Assembly: GCA_951406725.2 (NCBI GenBank)
Contig: OX597829.1
Coordinates: forward strand, 30,628,001-30,692,000
DNA: 64,000 nt
From: Octopus vulgaris
Taxonomy: Eukaryota
Reading direction: 5' to 3'
A program made the position numbers and the translations under genes. The notes under the pieces are model-generated. The model did no database searches, was not told the DNA's origin, and was given only the letters and a program-made list of their open reading frames with translations. Shown here one piece after another: positions 1-11,222 of the stretch; positions within the stretch are counted from its first letter, which is position 1, and each line of letters starts with the position of its first letter.

Positions 1-47
1 TCACATTTAGATAGTGCTTTTTATGTACCATATATATATATATTTAT

Positions 48-460
48 GCACAGGCGTGGCTGTGTGGTAAGAAGCTTACTTCCCAACCACATGGTTCCAG
101 GTTCAGTCCCACCATGTGGCATCTTGAGCAAATGTTTTCTACTATAGCTTCAGGCTGACCAAAGCCTTGTGAGTGGATTTGGTAGGTGGAAACTGAAAAA
201 AGCCCATTGTATATGTATATATGTATATCTATGTGTGTGCGTCTTTGTGTCTGTTTTTGTCCCCCACCCCACCCACCACCACTTGGCACCAGTGTTGGTG
301 TGCTTGTGTTCCCATAACTTGGCAGTTCAGCAAAAGTTATCAATAGAATAAGTACTAGGCTTTAAAACAAAAATAAATGCTGAGGTCAATTCATTCAGGT
401 AGAAAAAAGAATTCAAGGCAGCATGACTTCAGTCTAGTGACTGAAACAAGTAAAAGAATA
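48..460 (+). mobile_element. tRNA-derived SINE, family A
   Basis: Head GGCGTGGCTGTGTGGTAAGAAGC...GGTTCAGTCCC (A/B-box-like), central (TA/TG)n, tail ...GACTGAAACAAGTAAAAGA; many copies in the window. Confidence 0.85.
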
Positions 461-664
461 AAAAAATATTTTAGGATTTTGAGGTTAAATAATTTTATAG
501 AAAGTTAGAAAACACAGCGGCATCTGTGGTATGTATGTAAAAAACACATGACTGGCTCAATGAAGAGCAGAAAACTTAGAGCACACATTGCAAATTCAAA
601 AAAATCTGCCAACAAAAGTGAAATAGCATATTATTTTTGTGAAATTATACAGGATCTTTTTTCG

Positions 665-1331
665 TTGCTGTCACATTTTGGAATTTTAAAATTAAGTGAA
701 TATTTTCAAATTTGGTATATTGGTGTAATTTTTCATGCTGAATCAGATTGTTATTCATTTGTTCCAGGAAAATTTTAGAAAAATGTAACAGAGGTTTAAA
801 GTTTGATCATTTAACCCAGTCAGAAAACAGGATTTGGAAGCTGACATTTTATGTATAATACATATCTATTACAACATTACCGACAACAAACTTTTTGTTT
901 TCTTTTTCTAAACAAAATAAAAGCAACAGATGATGGAAGTAGCAAGAGATTTTGAAGTTTTAATAATTTTAAATGAATAAAGTAATGTGAAACTTTGGAA
1001 CAGGCAAGGAAAAATCTTCAATGAAATTCTTTTTGCCAAAAAAAACAAAAAAACTTCTGTAGTTCAGTTCATGTAAACAATACAGTTTTTGTAGCAAAAA
1101 TTCAGTCAAAATTTTGCAATACACGAGGGTTAGTTAGGGTTGGGTTTAGGTCAGACCAACCAGTGGATGTCCTGGAGATAATAAACTAGTAACATGCTTT
1201 TAGTGAACATTTTCCTCGAGTTTTTCTGGAACAAGGGAATAACAAAATCAGATACGGCATGAAAACTTGCATCACTATGCCAAATTTGAAACTGTTAACT
1301 AATTTTAAAATTTCAAAATCTGTGACAGCAA
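665..1331. repeat. Degenerate long inverted repeat pair (old MITE/foldback element)
   Basis: 665-787 aligns with the reverse complement of 1207-1331 (TTGCTGTCACA...TTTCAAATTTGG...TTTTCATGC...TTGTTATTC...TTGTTCCAG). Confidence 0.65.
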
Positions 1332-1760
1332 GAAAGAGAAATTTTTTACTGTCTGATGATGAGATAATCTAAAACAAATGTTCGAACAAGCATGTAAACA
1401 ATTTAAAAAGTAAAACTTCTTCTGGAAAAATTTCAAAAAAAAAAAAAAAACCCAAGACTATGTTATACTGTAGTAATAGTTCAATTCTTGTAAACAAAAT
1501 TTTTTGTAGTGAAAATTCAAAAACAAGTTCAGAATATAAGACCTTGTCAAAAAAAAAAAAAAAAAGGGTAAAGAAATTACACTTAGTGGGTTTAAACAGA
1601 AAAAAAGAAAATTCCTGCTATAAACTTTTTATTTATTAATTTATGGCTAAAATGACTTTCATTTTCATAATTAGCATACAAAATTACATCAGTACACCAA
1701 TTTTGAAAACAATTGGAACAGAATTTTAAAAATTGAAAACTATGCCAGCAACAGAGACAT

Positions 1761-2597
1761 TACTCTTTTACTCTTTTATTTATTTCAATCATTTGACTTC
1801 GGCCATGCTGGAGCACCGCCTTTAGTCAAGCAAATCGAACCCAGGACTTATTCTTTGTAAGCCTAGTACTTATTCTATCGGTCTCTTTTGCTGAACCGTT
1901 AAGTTATGGGGACATAAACACACCAGCATCGGTTGTCAAGTGATGTTAGGGGGACAAACACACACACACACACATACATATATACGACAAGCTTCTTTCA
2001 GTTTCCGTCTACCGAATTCACTCACAAGGCTTTGGTTGGCCCGTGACTATAGTAGAAGATACTTTCCCAAGGTGCTATGCAGTGGGACTGAACCTGGAAC
2101 CATGTGGCTGGTAAGTTACAGGGACACCAACATCGATTGTCAGGCAGTGGCAGGAACAAAGACAAGCATACACACACACAAATATATATATGACCAGCTT
2201 CTTTCAGTTTCTGTCTACTAAATCCACTCACAAGACTTATGTTGGCCTAAGGCTATAGTAGAAGACACTTGCCCAAGGTGTTATGCAGTGGGACTGGACC
2301 CAGAACCACGTGGTTGGAAAGGAAGCTTCTTATTTCTTTACTGCCCACAAGGGGCTTCACACAGAGGGGACAAACAAGGACAAATGGATTAAGTCGATTA
2401 TATCAACCCCAGTGTATAACTGGTACTTATTTAATCAACCCTAAAAGGATGAAAGGCAAAGGTGACCTCGGTGAAATTTGAACTCAGAACGTAGCGGCAG
2501 ACGAAATACCGCTAAGCATTTCGCCCTGCGTGCTAACGTTTCTGGCAGCTTGCCGCCAAGCTGGCAGAAAGGAAGCTTCTTACCACACAGCCATGCC
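1761..2597 (-). mobile_element. Two partly tandem family A SINE copies, the second interrupted by a family B SINE
   Basis: Reverse complement of the 48-460 family; starts with the (TACTCTTT) tail and ends ACCACACAGCCATGCC. Confidence 0.85.
2333..2566 (-). mobile_element. tRNA-derived SINE, family B, nested, with 16-bp TSD
   Basis: TSD GAAAGGAAGCTTCTTA at 2317-2332 and 2567-2582; same family at 20214-20442 and 42158-42388. Confidence 0.85.
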
Positions 2598-2990
2598 TAT
2601 ATAAAGACAAGAAAACAATATTAATTTTTGATTTTCTTCAGTATAATGTAATTCAACAAAAATAACACAATGCTCTCCTTACACCCAGAACTTTTCAGTC
2701 TTGTTACAGTTTCTTTCACTTTTGTTGGAGAGTATTGAATATTCAGTCTTCGCAAAACTTAGCCATATGTAAAATAGATAACTATCTAAAAGTACTCCCA
2801 TAATTGTTTAAGTGTCAAATAACACTCCATCACCACCACATATTAATGAAAACATTCTTATATATTTTTTTTCCTGAGATGACAAATGTAGTTTGTATAT
2901 ACATAGTTCTTCTTTTTCTTCATCATGGAGGCAAGTTAGAAAAGTTTAAGAACTTAATTTTATCAAACATGGCAATTATATGTCCGTGAA

Positions 2991-3245
2991 GTATATTTAC
3001 CACTTAAATGTGGCTAACCACTAAGGGTGGATGCTACTGTAGCTTGTAGCCCCAGGAGAACATCTCCAGCTGGCTATTGACACACTTTCTGTGCCCTATC
3101 AGTATTTGCAAAGGGAAGCCATCCTTCCCATTGTTGACCTGACGTGATATGCACGGACCTGGGTTTCTGGGTATTTACCCATCGTCAGCGCACGACAATC
3201 ACCAGTCTTCAATGCGAAGGGGTCCAATTGCAAATACATATATCC
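2991..3245 (-). mobile_element. Retrozyme-like non-autonomous unit carrying a hammerhead ribozyme
   Basis: HHR followed by hairpins homologous to the 6175-6742 repeat (TAGCCAGCTGGA...TCCTGGGGCTA, AGTAGCATC, GG(T/C)AAATA). Confidence 0.65.
3151..3193 (-). ncRNA. Type I hammerhead ribozyme, intact core
   Basis: GUGCG-CUGACGA-UGGGUA-AA-UACCCA-GAAAC-CCAG-GUC^CGUGC: all core nucleotides present, stems I, II and short III can form. Confidence 0.85.
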
Positions 3246-4159
3246 TTTTTCCAGTGACAAAATGTCCCTGATCTCGAAAAAATGTATTATTGCTTAATTA
3301 TGTCTCTTTTGCCAACCTGCACAATCCCCTCTTTCATCAATGTGAGGTACTCCCAATGATTCATGCTGGATTTTGTCTCTTGTTAAGAGTCCTTTTGTTA
3401 ATGTAAGCATGTGCATCTTTTGTTTAAAATCCAAACAATCAAGAAATGAATGTCTTCCTTCATATTACATACGATATTTAAAAAAAACAAAAACGAAAGT
3501 ATTTGACATTAAAAGTAAATACATGAGGCCATGCCGTACAGTAGCATACAACATAATGCAAAAACAGAAATGTCTAGAACATGCCATTGTACAGATTCTC
3601 ATATACATGTATATTTTGACCCATGAATGAAAAATATCTGAAAGCAAAAGCTCAATGAACGAATATTCATTGAATTGGCTATGTATCCTTGAAAGGAATC
3701 AATTTTTAACGTATAATCAATTCATTTCTATGATACGGCAAAAATTTCTATAATTAACCAAAGTCAGTTTATAGACAGCAATTACACAGCTAAATTAGAT
3801 TATCTTTATTGAATATATTGTGAATTCCTGTAGTCATCGATTATGTTATGTTATATATTTATTACTAAAGAATGTTTCTTGGCCTTATAACAACATCTAA
3901 AATAATATCCCAAGTGCGTCATCATTCAGGATGTCTAGTGAAACCCATTTAAGTTACCTCGTTAAGTTACAAATATATAGCATATATGTAATGAAATATT
4001 ATGATAATAATTAAACATATATATATATCCTTGCTAATTCATATAAAAGGATCTGGTACTCAATAACAGAGTTAATTTTAATAATAACTACTAGAATTAG
4101 GTTTCCAACAACTTTTCACTCTGTTTCATGTTGCCACTTATCAGGTTGAGATCAGCAGG

Positions 4160-4515
4160 ACTGTATGGTTGAGAAGTATGCTTCTCAGTCATGTGGTCTG
4201 GGATTCAGTCCCACTGCATGGCACCTTGGACAAGTGTCTTCTATAGCCCTGAACCGACTTATGGTTTGTGAGTGAATTTGGTAGATGGAAACTGTGTAGA
4301 AGCCCATTGTAAATATGCGTGCCTTTGTGTTTGTATCCCCATTTGACAACTGATGATGGTTTGTTTATGTCTTCATGACTTAATGGTTCAGCAAAAGCCA
4401 TCAGTAGAATAAGAACCATGTTTAAAAGTAAGTAATGATGGGTTTTGATGTGTTTGACAAAATACTACCATTCAAGGTGGTTGTTCAGCATAACCACAGT
4501 CCATTGAATGAAATA
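4160..4515 (+). mobile_element. Degenerate family A SINE
   Basis: GGATTCAGTCCCACTGCATGGCACCTTGGACAAGTGTCTTCT and downstream similarity to family A. Confidence 0.7.
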
Positions 4516-4528
4516 AGCCTGTTATATG

Positions 4529-5099
4529 TATGAGGTCTGATCAATAAGTATCCGGACTGTTGCCATAGTAATGAAGTTAAAGCATGCAGAGTGAACTCTA
4601 CTGTGCATGTGCACTAAGTTTTAATGTTCTAGCTCACTCCCGCTGTTTACAGCAGTGCTTGGAAGAAAGGTACATAATGTGATCATGACATTGACTATCA
4701 CAAAGAAAGTTGTCATGGCAATATCTGCTCAGAGACCTACACAAAGTTGCAGAAAGTGTATGGAGAAGAGTGTATGAGTGGTTCAAACGTTTCCAAGATT
4801 GCTGAAAAAAATGTTCATATTGACAAATGTTCTGGGAGACCCACAATCAGCAGAAGTGAGAAAAATATTGCAGATGTCCATGTAGCTGTGAGGGGAAATT
4901 GTCAAATCACCGTCTGTGAGTTATCAGAGGATGTGCAGATTAGTTATAATTCAGTTTAGTCCATTATCACTGATGAAAATGGGTACAAGACATGTGTCTA
5001 CCAAGTTTGTTCCAAAACTGCTTTCAGCTGACCAAAAAAATCACTCAAGTTTCAGTTGTATAAGATCTCCTTGATTGTGTCAAGAACGATGAAAACTTT
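4529..5099 (+). mobile_element. Mariner transposon relic (N-terminal HTH region)
   Basis: TA-GAGGTCTGATCAATAAGTATCCGGAC terminus; translation QKVYGEECMS...CSGRPTISRSEKNI...ITVCELSEDVQISY matches mariner transposase N-terminus; frameshifted. Confidence 0.8.
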
Positions 5100-5716
5100 G
5101 GTTGCCAACAGAGGTAAAAGCTCTCTGAATTTTCTCCATCCTATTCTTATTCTAGCTATTATACTCTCTGTGCATTCTCCCCCATTAGTTTGGTCCCCCA
5201 GGTAGCAGATATTATCCACTACCCCTAATGATCCTCTAGGGCATTTGAGAAAGTCAATTTCCTGAGTATCTTTAGTTTTTATGGATCCTGTACATCTTCC
5301 ACATACAATCATTACTTTCTCTGATAACCTTCCTTTTATTCCACTGCACTTCTTATGTGTCCATAGCTTTCACTGGGGATACTGTATGGAATTTCTCAGA
5401 ATTCAAGCAGAGCCACTTACCTGAAGTGGGTAGGGTCATGTCTGTTTTCTTGTTACTAAGGCCTTAGTCTTTGCTTAGATTCCATGTTTTTGCTTCTACA
5501 CCAGAATTTCTTTACTAGCTTTAATATAGAATCTGCCATGAGGGCAAGATCATCAGCATAGAGTAGTTCCTAGGGGGCTGCCTATCCTCTGTTATGGTCT
5601 GGAGAACAATGATAAGGAGGGAACTGGGGACTGAGCCTTGATGAGTGCCTTCATGTTCATCAAATTCTTCACTGTACTCATAGTTAGCTCTCACCTTACC
5701 GACAGCGTCTTTGTAT
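5100..5716 (-). mobile_element. RTE-clade LINE RT fragment (degenerate)
   Basis: HQGSVPSSLLIIVLQ, CGRCTG, YLGDQ...ARIRIGWRKFRELLPLL. Confidence 0.8.
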
Positions 5717-6178
5717 GTGGTCTCACTCAGCACACTGTAAAGTGGTTGGCATTAGGAAGGGCATCCAGCCATAGAACCCATGCCACAAAAGACAGTTGGA
5801 AGTTGGACAGCTCTATATCAAACTGTCCAACCAATGCCAGCATGGAGAGTAGATGTTAAATGATGATGATGATACATCATGTCATCATCATCATCCATTT
5901 TCCATGATGGCATGGGTTAGATAGTGCAACATGAAGCTGTCCAGACTCCATTTGTCTGTTGTGGCATGGTTTCTATGGCTGGTTGCCCTTTCCTAATGTT
6001 AACCATTTTACAGGATGCTTTTTATGAGCCATCTGGGTGCTTTTTATGTGGGTTTATATAGTTGTTGATAACCCACAGACCTTCAACCAATGACTAGTTT
6101 GTTAAATGCCAACACAAAACTCTCAGAGCATAAGTTGTTCTGTTATTTTTGCTAAATATTAATAAATATAAATATTGT

Positions 6179-6224
6179 CCTGTACTGATGAAGGGAAATT
6201 ACCAAGAAACCTTTGGTCTATTGG
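6179..6224 (+). ncRNA. Type I hammerhead ribozyme (copy 1)
   Basis: CCUGUA-CUGAUGA-AGGGAAAUUACCAA-GAAAC-CUUUG-GUC^UAUUGG; core intact, stem II weak, one mismatch in stem I. Confidence 0.75.
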
Positions 6225-6530
6225 TATTACTATGGCTAAAATGAGAACAGTAAACTCCCTTGTTCACAGTATACGGATACAGATCATGTGTCAGTAGCCA
6301 GCTGGAAAAGGTGTTTTCCTGGGGCCAAAAAGTAGTAACATTGTCCTACGTAGGACTGCCATGTTCTGTTGGCAAATAGACTTTACTGTTTGGTACTGTT
6401 AATACATATTTCTCACTCAGAGATTTAAAATTAGTTGTTTTTCTCTTTATGAGATCAGCAACAGTGTGCCACTTTAAAAGTATATACTGTGAGCAAGAGC
6501 TTGTGGCTGCTATTACTAGCTGGCAGTTGT

Positions 6531-6576
6531 CCTGTACTGACAAAGGGAAATTATCCAGAAACCATTGGTCTACAGG
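6531..6576 (+). ncRNA. Type I hammerhead ribozyme (copy 2, G8>A)
   Basis: CCUGUA-CUGACAA-AGGGAAAUUAUCCA-GAAAC-CAUUG-GUC^UACAGG; perfect 6-bp stem I, core G8 mutated, consistent with CpG decay. Confidence 0.75.
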
Positions 6577-6867
6577 TATCACTATGGCTAGAAAGGGAGC
6601 AGTGGACTCTCTTGTTCACTGTATATGGACACAGATCATGTATTGGTAGCTAGCTGGAAAAGATGTATTTCCTAGGGCTAAAAAGTAGTAACATCATCCT
6701 TTGTAGGACTGCCATGTTGTGTTGGCAAATAGACTTTACTGTATACTCATGTTTTGAGTTCTATTTTTGCTCTTTGCATCAACATACCTATATATACATA
6801 TTTATATATACATACATATATCATCATCATCATCATCGTTTAATACATACATATATATATATATATA

Positions 6868-7148
6868 TGTGGAGGCGCAATGGCCCAGTGGTTAGGGCAG
6901 CGGACTCGCGGTTTCGATTCCCAGACCGAGCGTTGTGTGTGTTTATTGAGCGAAAACACCTAAAAGCTTCACGACGATCCCGGAAGGGGGTAGTGATCCC
7001 TGCTGTACTCTTTCACCACTCTTTCTTCTGTTGGCCTGCCCTCTTAGCCAGCGGGGTGGCGTCATTCGAAGGCTAAAACACTGCGAACGCATTGTGACCA
7101 GCAATGTGTAACAACATCTGATGGTCTGGTCGGTCACGTGATCACGTG
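6868..7148 (+). mobile_element. tRNA-derived SINE, family C
   Basis: GGAGGCGCAATGGCCCAGTGGTTAGGGCAGCGGACT...GGTTTCGATTCCC A/B boxes; related copies at 38055, 59667 and 62640. Confidence 0.85.
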
Positions 7149-7413
7149 ATATATATATATACACACACACAAGTCTATAATTATAAAGGGCAACAGGAAA
7201 TGACCATCACCAATGCTAGAAATAGGTATCAAATACCTACAGTCCACTCTACAATTTACTCTCTATATTCAACCACAGGTAGAAATGTGAGGGAATGAGC
7301 AAGAAAATACAAAAAAATTAGATAATTCTATACCTACTTTGTGATCTTCAGTAGAATAAACCATTAATATATAAACAAGAAATATACGTACCCAGTGGTA
7401 AATTCACCTGCAG

Positions 7414-7450
<37 letters not shown>

Positions 7451-7452
<2 letters not shown>

Positions 7453-8260
7453 CAAGGTCTGATCAGTAAGTATCTAGACTGTTGCCATAATAATGAAGCT
7501 AAAGCATGCAGAGTGAAGCCGCTTGGCACAGATTGACCTTGAACTCTGCTGTGCATGTGCACTAGCTCACTTCTGTTGTTCACAGCAGTGCTTGGAAGGA
7601 ATATGTGTAGCATGTAATCATCACATTGACCATTACAGAGAAAGTTGTCATGGCAATACCTGCTCAAAGGCCTGCGCAAAAAGTTGCAGAAAGTGTATGA
7701 AGAGGAATGTACGAGCCACACTCAAGTGTTCAAGTGATCCAAATGTTTCCAAGATGGCCGAGAAAATGTTGATATTGACGAATGTTCTGGGAGACCCACA
7801 ACTAGCAGAAGTGAGGAAAACATTACAGATGTGTGTGAAACTGAAGGAAAATCATTGAATCCCCATCCAGGAGTTATCAGAGTATGTGCAGGTTAGTTAT
7901 GGTTCATTTCAGTCCATTATCACTGAAGATTTGGGTATGAGACATGTGTCTGCCAAGTTTGTGCCAAAACTGCTTTCAGCTGACCAAAAACACACTTGGG
8001 TTTCCATTGCACAAGATCTCCTTGACTGTGTAAAGAACGATGAAAATTTTTTGAAAACTTTGCATAGGCCTCTGAGCAGGTATTATCAAGCTTTTGGCAA
8101 AATTTGAGATAGATTATAAGCTCAGCTTTCTGTCATGATCAATGCAACAATCACATGCTACATACCTTCCTTCCAAGCACTGCTGTAAACAGCAGAAGTG
8201 AGCTAGAATGTTAAAACATAGTGCACATGCACAACAGAGTTCAAGATCAATCTGTGCCAA
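7451..8260 (+). mobile_element. Internally deleted mariner with fold-back arms
   Basis: Same family as 4529-5099 (LGMRHVSAKFVPKLLSADQK); 8061-8260 is an inverted copy of the left portion. Confidence 0.8.
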
Positions 8261-8870
8261 ATATATTATTTATTTTTTCTTATTGGCAGAATCAGTACAG
8301 CTGATATATAGTGAACTGAATTACTGGTGTAATGGAAGTTATTGTTTGTTTGGAAGTGAAAGGGGGAAGGTACAATTTGCATGAGTTTGCATGAAAGTGC
8401 TTCCTGTTCTTAAGAAGGATCACAAACTATGTATTGTTTCATCGTATAAAAGGGGGTTAATATGATTTTGCCCAGAAATCATGTTTTGAAAAATTTTATT
8501 TCCCCCCATCCCCTCCGCAATTTCTTAATTTGTAACTTTTGTGAATTTTTTTTTTATCCATGTAGGAAAATACAGAAATTACAAATCTTGGAAATATTTT
8601 TTTATTTTAAAATTTAATTTTTCTTAAAGGAACACTCAATGCCTCTTCCAACACCTCGTGAATCTTTTGATACCCCAATCATCAAAATTGGCAACTCAGT
8701 TTTCGAATGTACAAGGAACATTCGTGTGTGCACACCCAGACAGACACACATACACAAACTCTCATATATATATATAGATATATCATGATGTATCCCAATA
8801 TGTATTTTAAAACAAAAACTATGTATGTATTATGAGTGTAGGACAAAAGCCCCATAGTTAAAGTGTGAAA

Positions 8871-9013
8871 GTTTACAGCAGTGCTTGGAAGGAAGGTATG
8901 TAGCATGTGATTGTTGCATTGATCATGACAGAAAGCTGAGCTTATAATCTATCTCAAATTTTGCCAAAAGCTTGATAATACCTGCTCAGAGGCCTATGCA
9001 AAGTTTTCAAAAA
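8871..9013. repeat. Perfect 143-bp inverted duplication of 8048-8190
   Basis: Base-by-base reverse-complement identity, including the mariner fold-back junction. Confidence 0.9.
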
Positions 9014-10409
9014 CATAGTTATATTTTTTGATTATTTTTTCATTTTTTTCACCATTTACTTGTTACAGATTTTAGACTGCGGCCATGCTGGGGCACCACC
9101 TTGAAGTTTTTTTTTAAATGATTCTCAACCAGCACATGAAATTAAGCCTAGAAGCTATTTCCACATGCTAGAAATAACAACCAACATCTCTTGAAATTGT
9201 TTTATAACCTTCGGTTTTTCTTATTTTCTGAAAAACTTTTTACTTGTTTTAGTCGTTGGACTGCTGCCATTATGGGGCAACTGCTTGAAGAATTTTTGTT
9301 TGCAGAAAAATCATCATTTTAAAATATATATTTAAAGTCTTTTGTTTTCTTCTCTCAGCTCTTACAGATTAATGAGACTAAGTTGACCTTTTGAACTTTC
9401 TGTGGCCATTGATGGTCTAACAGAAGGCTAGTCATTCAAATGTTCTTCTCATTGTTTGCCTAAATAGGGAGATGGGTGTTTCCCCATAAAAATGACAAAT
9501 TCTAGTTTTTGTGAAGAAATGTTTGTATATATAGGTTATTCTTATCATTTTTATCTTTCTACATAGTTCTTGAAGTAAATGTTAGAATTCAGACAATATG
9601 TACGTTGAGTAGTAAAGAGTCTTGTGTTCTGTTATTCTATTATTGATATTAAGGTTGATTTATTTTCATTTTCAAACTTCAAAATTATTCTAAAAACGAG
9701 GAAAATAATTGAAGTACACGGAAATTACTATTGTGTGGGACATAGATGTTTTGACAACGTTTTTTGATTGAATATATTTTGTTTACTTAAAAATTGGAAT
9801 TTTGGAAAATAATTTTCTTTTTACAACCACTATTTCCATTGTTTACAAGAAATTATAAAAAAAAAATTGTAAGATTTGGCTATTATTTCAAACATGTGGA
9901 GAGACCTTCTAGGCTTAACTTTATATGCTGGGTGAAAATCACCTAAAAAAGATTCTGGAATCAATACATTTGACTAAAAATTCTTCAAGGCGGTGCAAAA
10001 ATGAATTATATCACAGAAGTGGTTTTGATCAAGCTTAAAATAATTCTGGGTTCCATACAACCACCAAAAAATTCTTCAAGGTGGTGCTTCAGCCTGACCG
10101 GCCACAACTAGTAAAAGAAAATTCTGGAGTTGATACATTCAACTAAAAATTCTAAAAACGAAAACAATAACCGAAAAATATAACTGTAGGGCATTTGTCC
10201 GAGGGGTCTTTTGACCGGACTCCATGTAGAATATACTTAAATATATTTTAAACTTATTTCTACTTAGAAATATGAACAGCACCACAGTTTGGGGTGATAG
10301 TATAAAAGAAATTATTTAATTATTTTATCAGAGAACATAAATGAGTGATTTCGTAGCAATATAGTATTCTCAAATTAGAATCATTGAATCTCAACTTCAG
10401 TCATTTTTA

Positions 10410-11178
10410 ACAGTTACGTCATTCATCCGTTTTACATCACTTTGAAACAAAAATGGCGCCTGCCAGTGAAAGGGCTTTTTGAATATTTTCACCACTTTAT
10501 ATACCTACAATACATACTTATATATATTGACGTGTGTATATTTTATATTTTTATACATATTGTATGAGAACACTATAATACAGAGGACATTTTGAAATCG
10601 GTGAAAAATTATCAGCGAAGTTCTTCAACGTTTCTGCATACAACTTAACAGGGTTCAAATTACCTCATCCAGGAAATGCTGTGTATAAATTAATAGACCC
10701 TTCCATTTCGCAAGTTATTAAAGAAAAAAAAAGTTCTTTAATTTTTGTTTTAAATGTAGTTAAAGATACTATGTTTCAGAGAAAGATAACAAAAAACTAA
10801 ACAATAGATAAAAGAAAACTAAGAACCTTGCAATTTTTTATTGTTTTGTCATGTAAGAAGTTGACTTCAACACATATATTTGAGCCATTAACAGTATCTC
10901 CATCAATTTGAATCGGTAAGCGGGTATTTTCTCGTTATTGAGATGTTTCTTTTTCTTCTTTAGAACAGAATCATTAGCTGGGGACGCCCAAGTTTTATAT
11001 TTTTCATCTTGTTTTATTACGAAACTCAAAAGAGTTTCTTTCGACCAAGGCAACAGAAAATGTTACCACGATGCTAATCCTAGTTTCGCCTTTCATGTTA
11101 TCTTCGTAGAAACGTTTCTGGATTCATTTTTACAGCATTTTTGTGAGTATCGGTAAACAACTGAATATGCTTTTTTTT

Positions 11179-11222
<44 letters not shown>

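Larger units (their letters stand above)
6175..6742 (+). mobile_element. Tandem retrozyme-like repeat, period 352 nt, one hammerhead per unit
   Basis: 6175-6389 is repeated at 6527-6742; each copy starts with an HHR; no credible coding capacity. Confidence 0.75.

Noticed and set aside
1127-1150. GGGTTAG telomere-like repeats
   Set aside because: Only 2-3 imperfect units inside an old inverted-repeat element.
2682-3460. Open minus-strand stretches (LRRLNIQYSPTKVKETVTRLKSSG; MHMLTLTKGLLTRDKIQHESLGVPHIDERGDCAG) as host exons
   Set aside because: Weak acceptors and no recognisable protein similarity; needs RNA evidence.
6868-6945. tRNA gene
   Set aside because: A/B boxes continue into a SINE body and no full cloverleaf forms; the same applies to the other SINE heads.
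7392-7407. 16-nt minus-strand microexon (CAG|GTGAATTTACCACTGG|GTACGT)
   Set aside because: No polypyrimidine tract (only (TA)n) and no partner exons identified.
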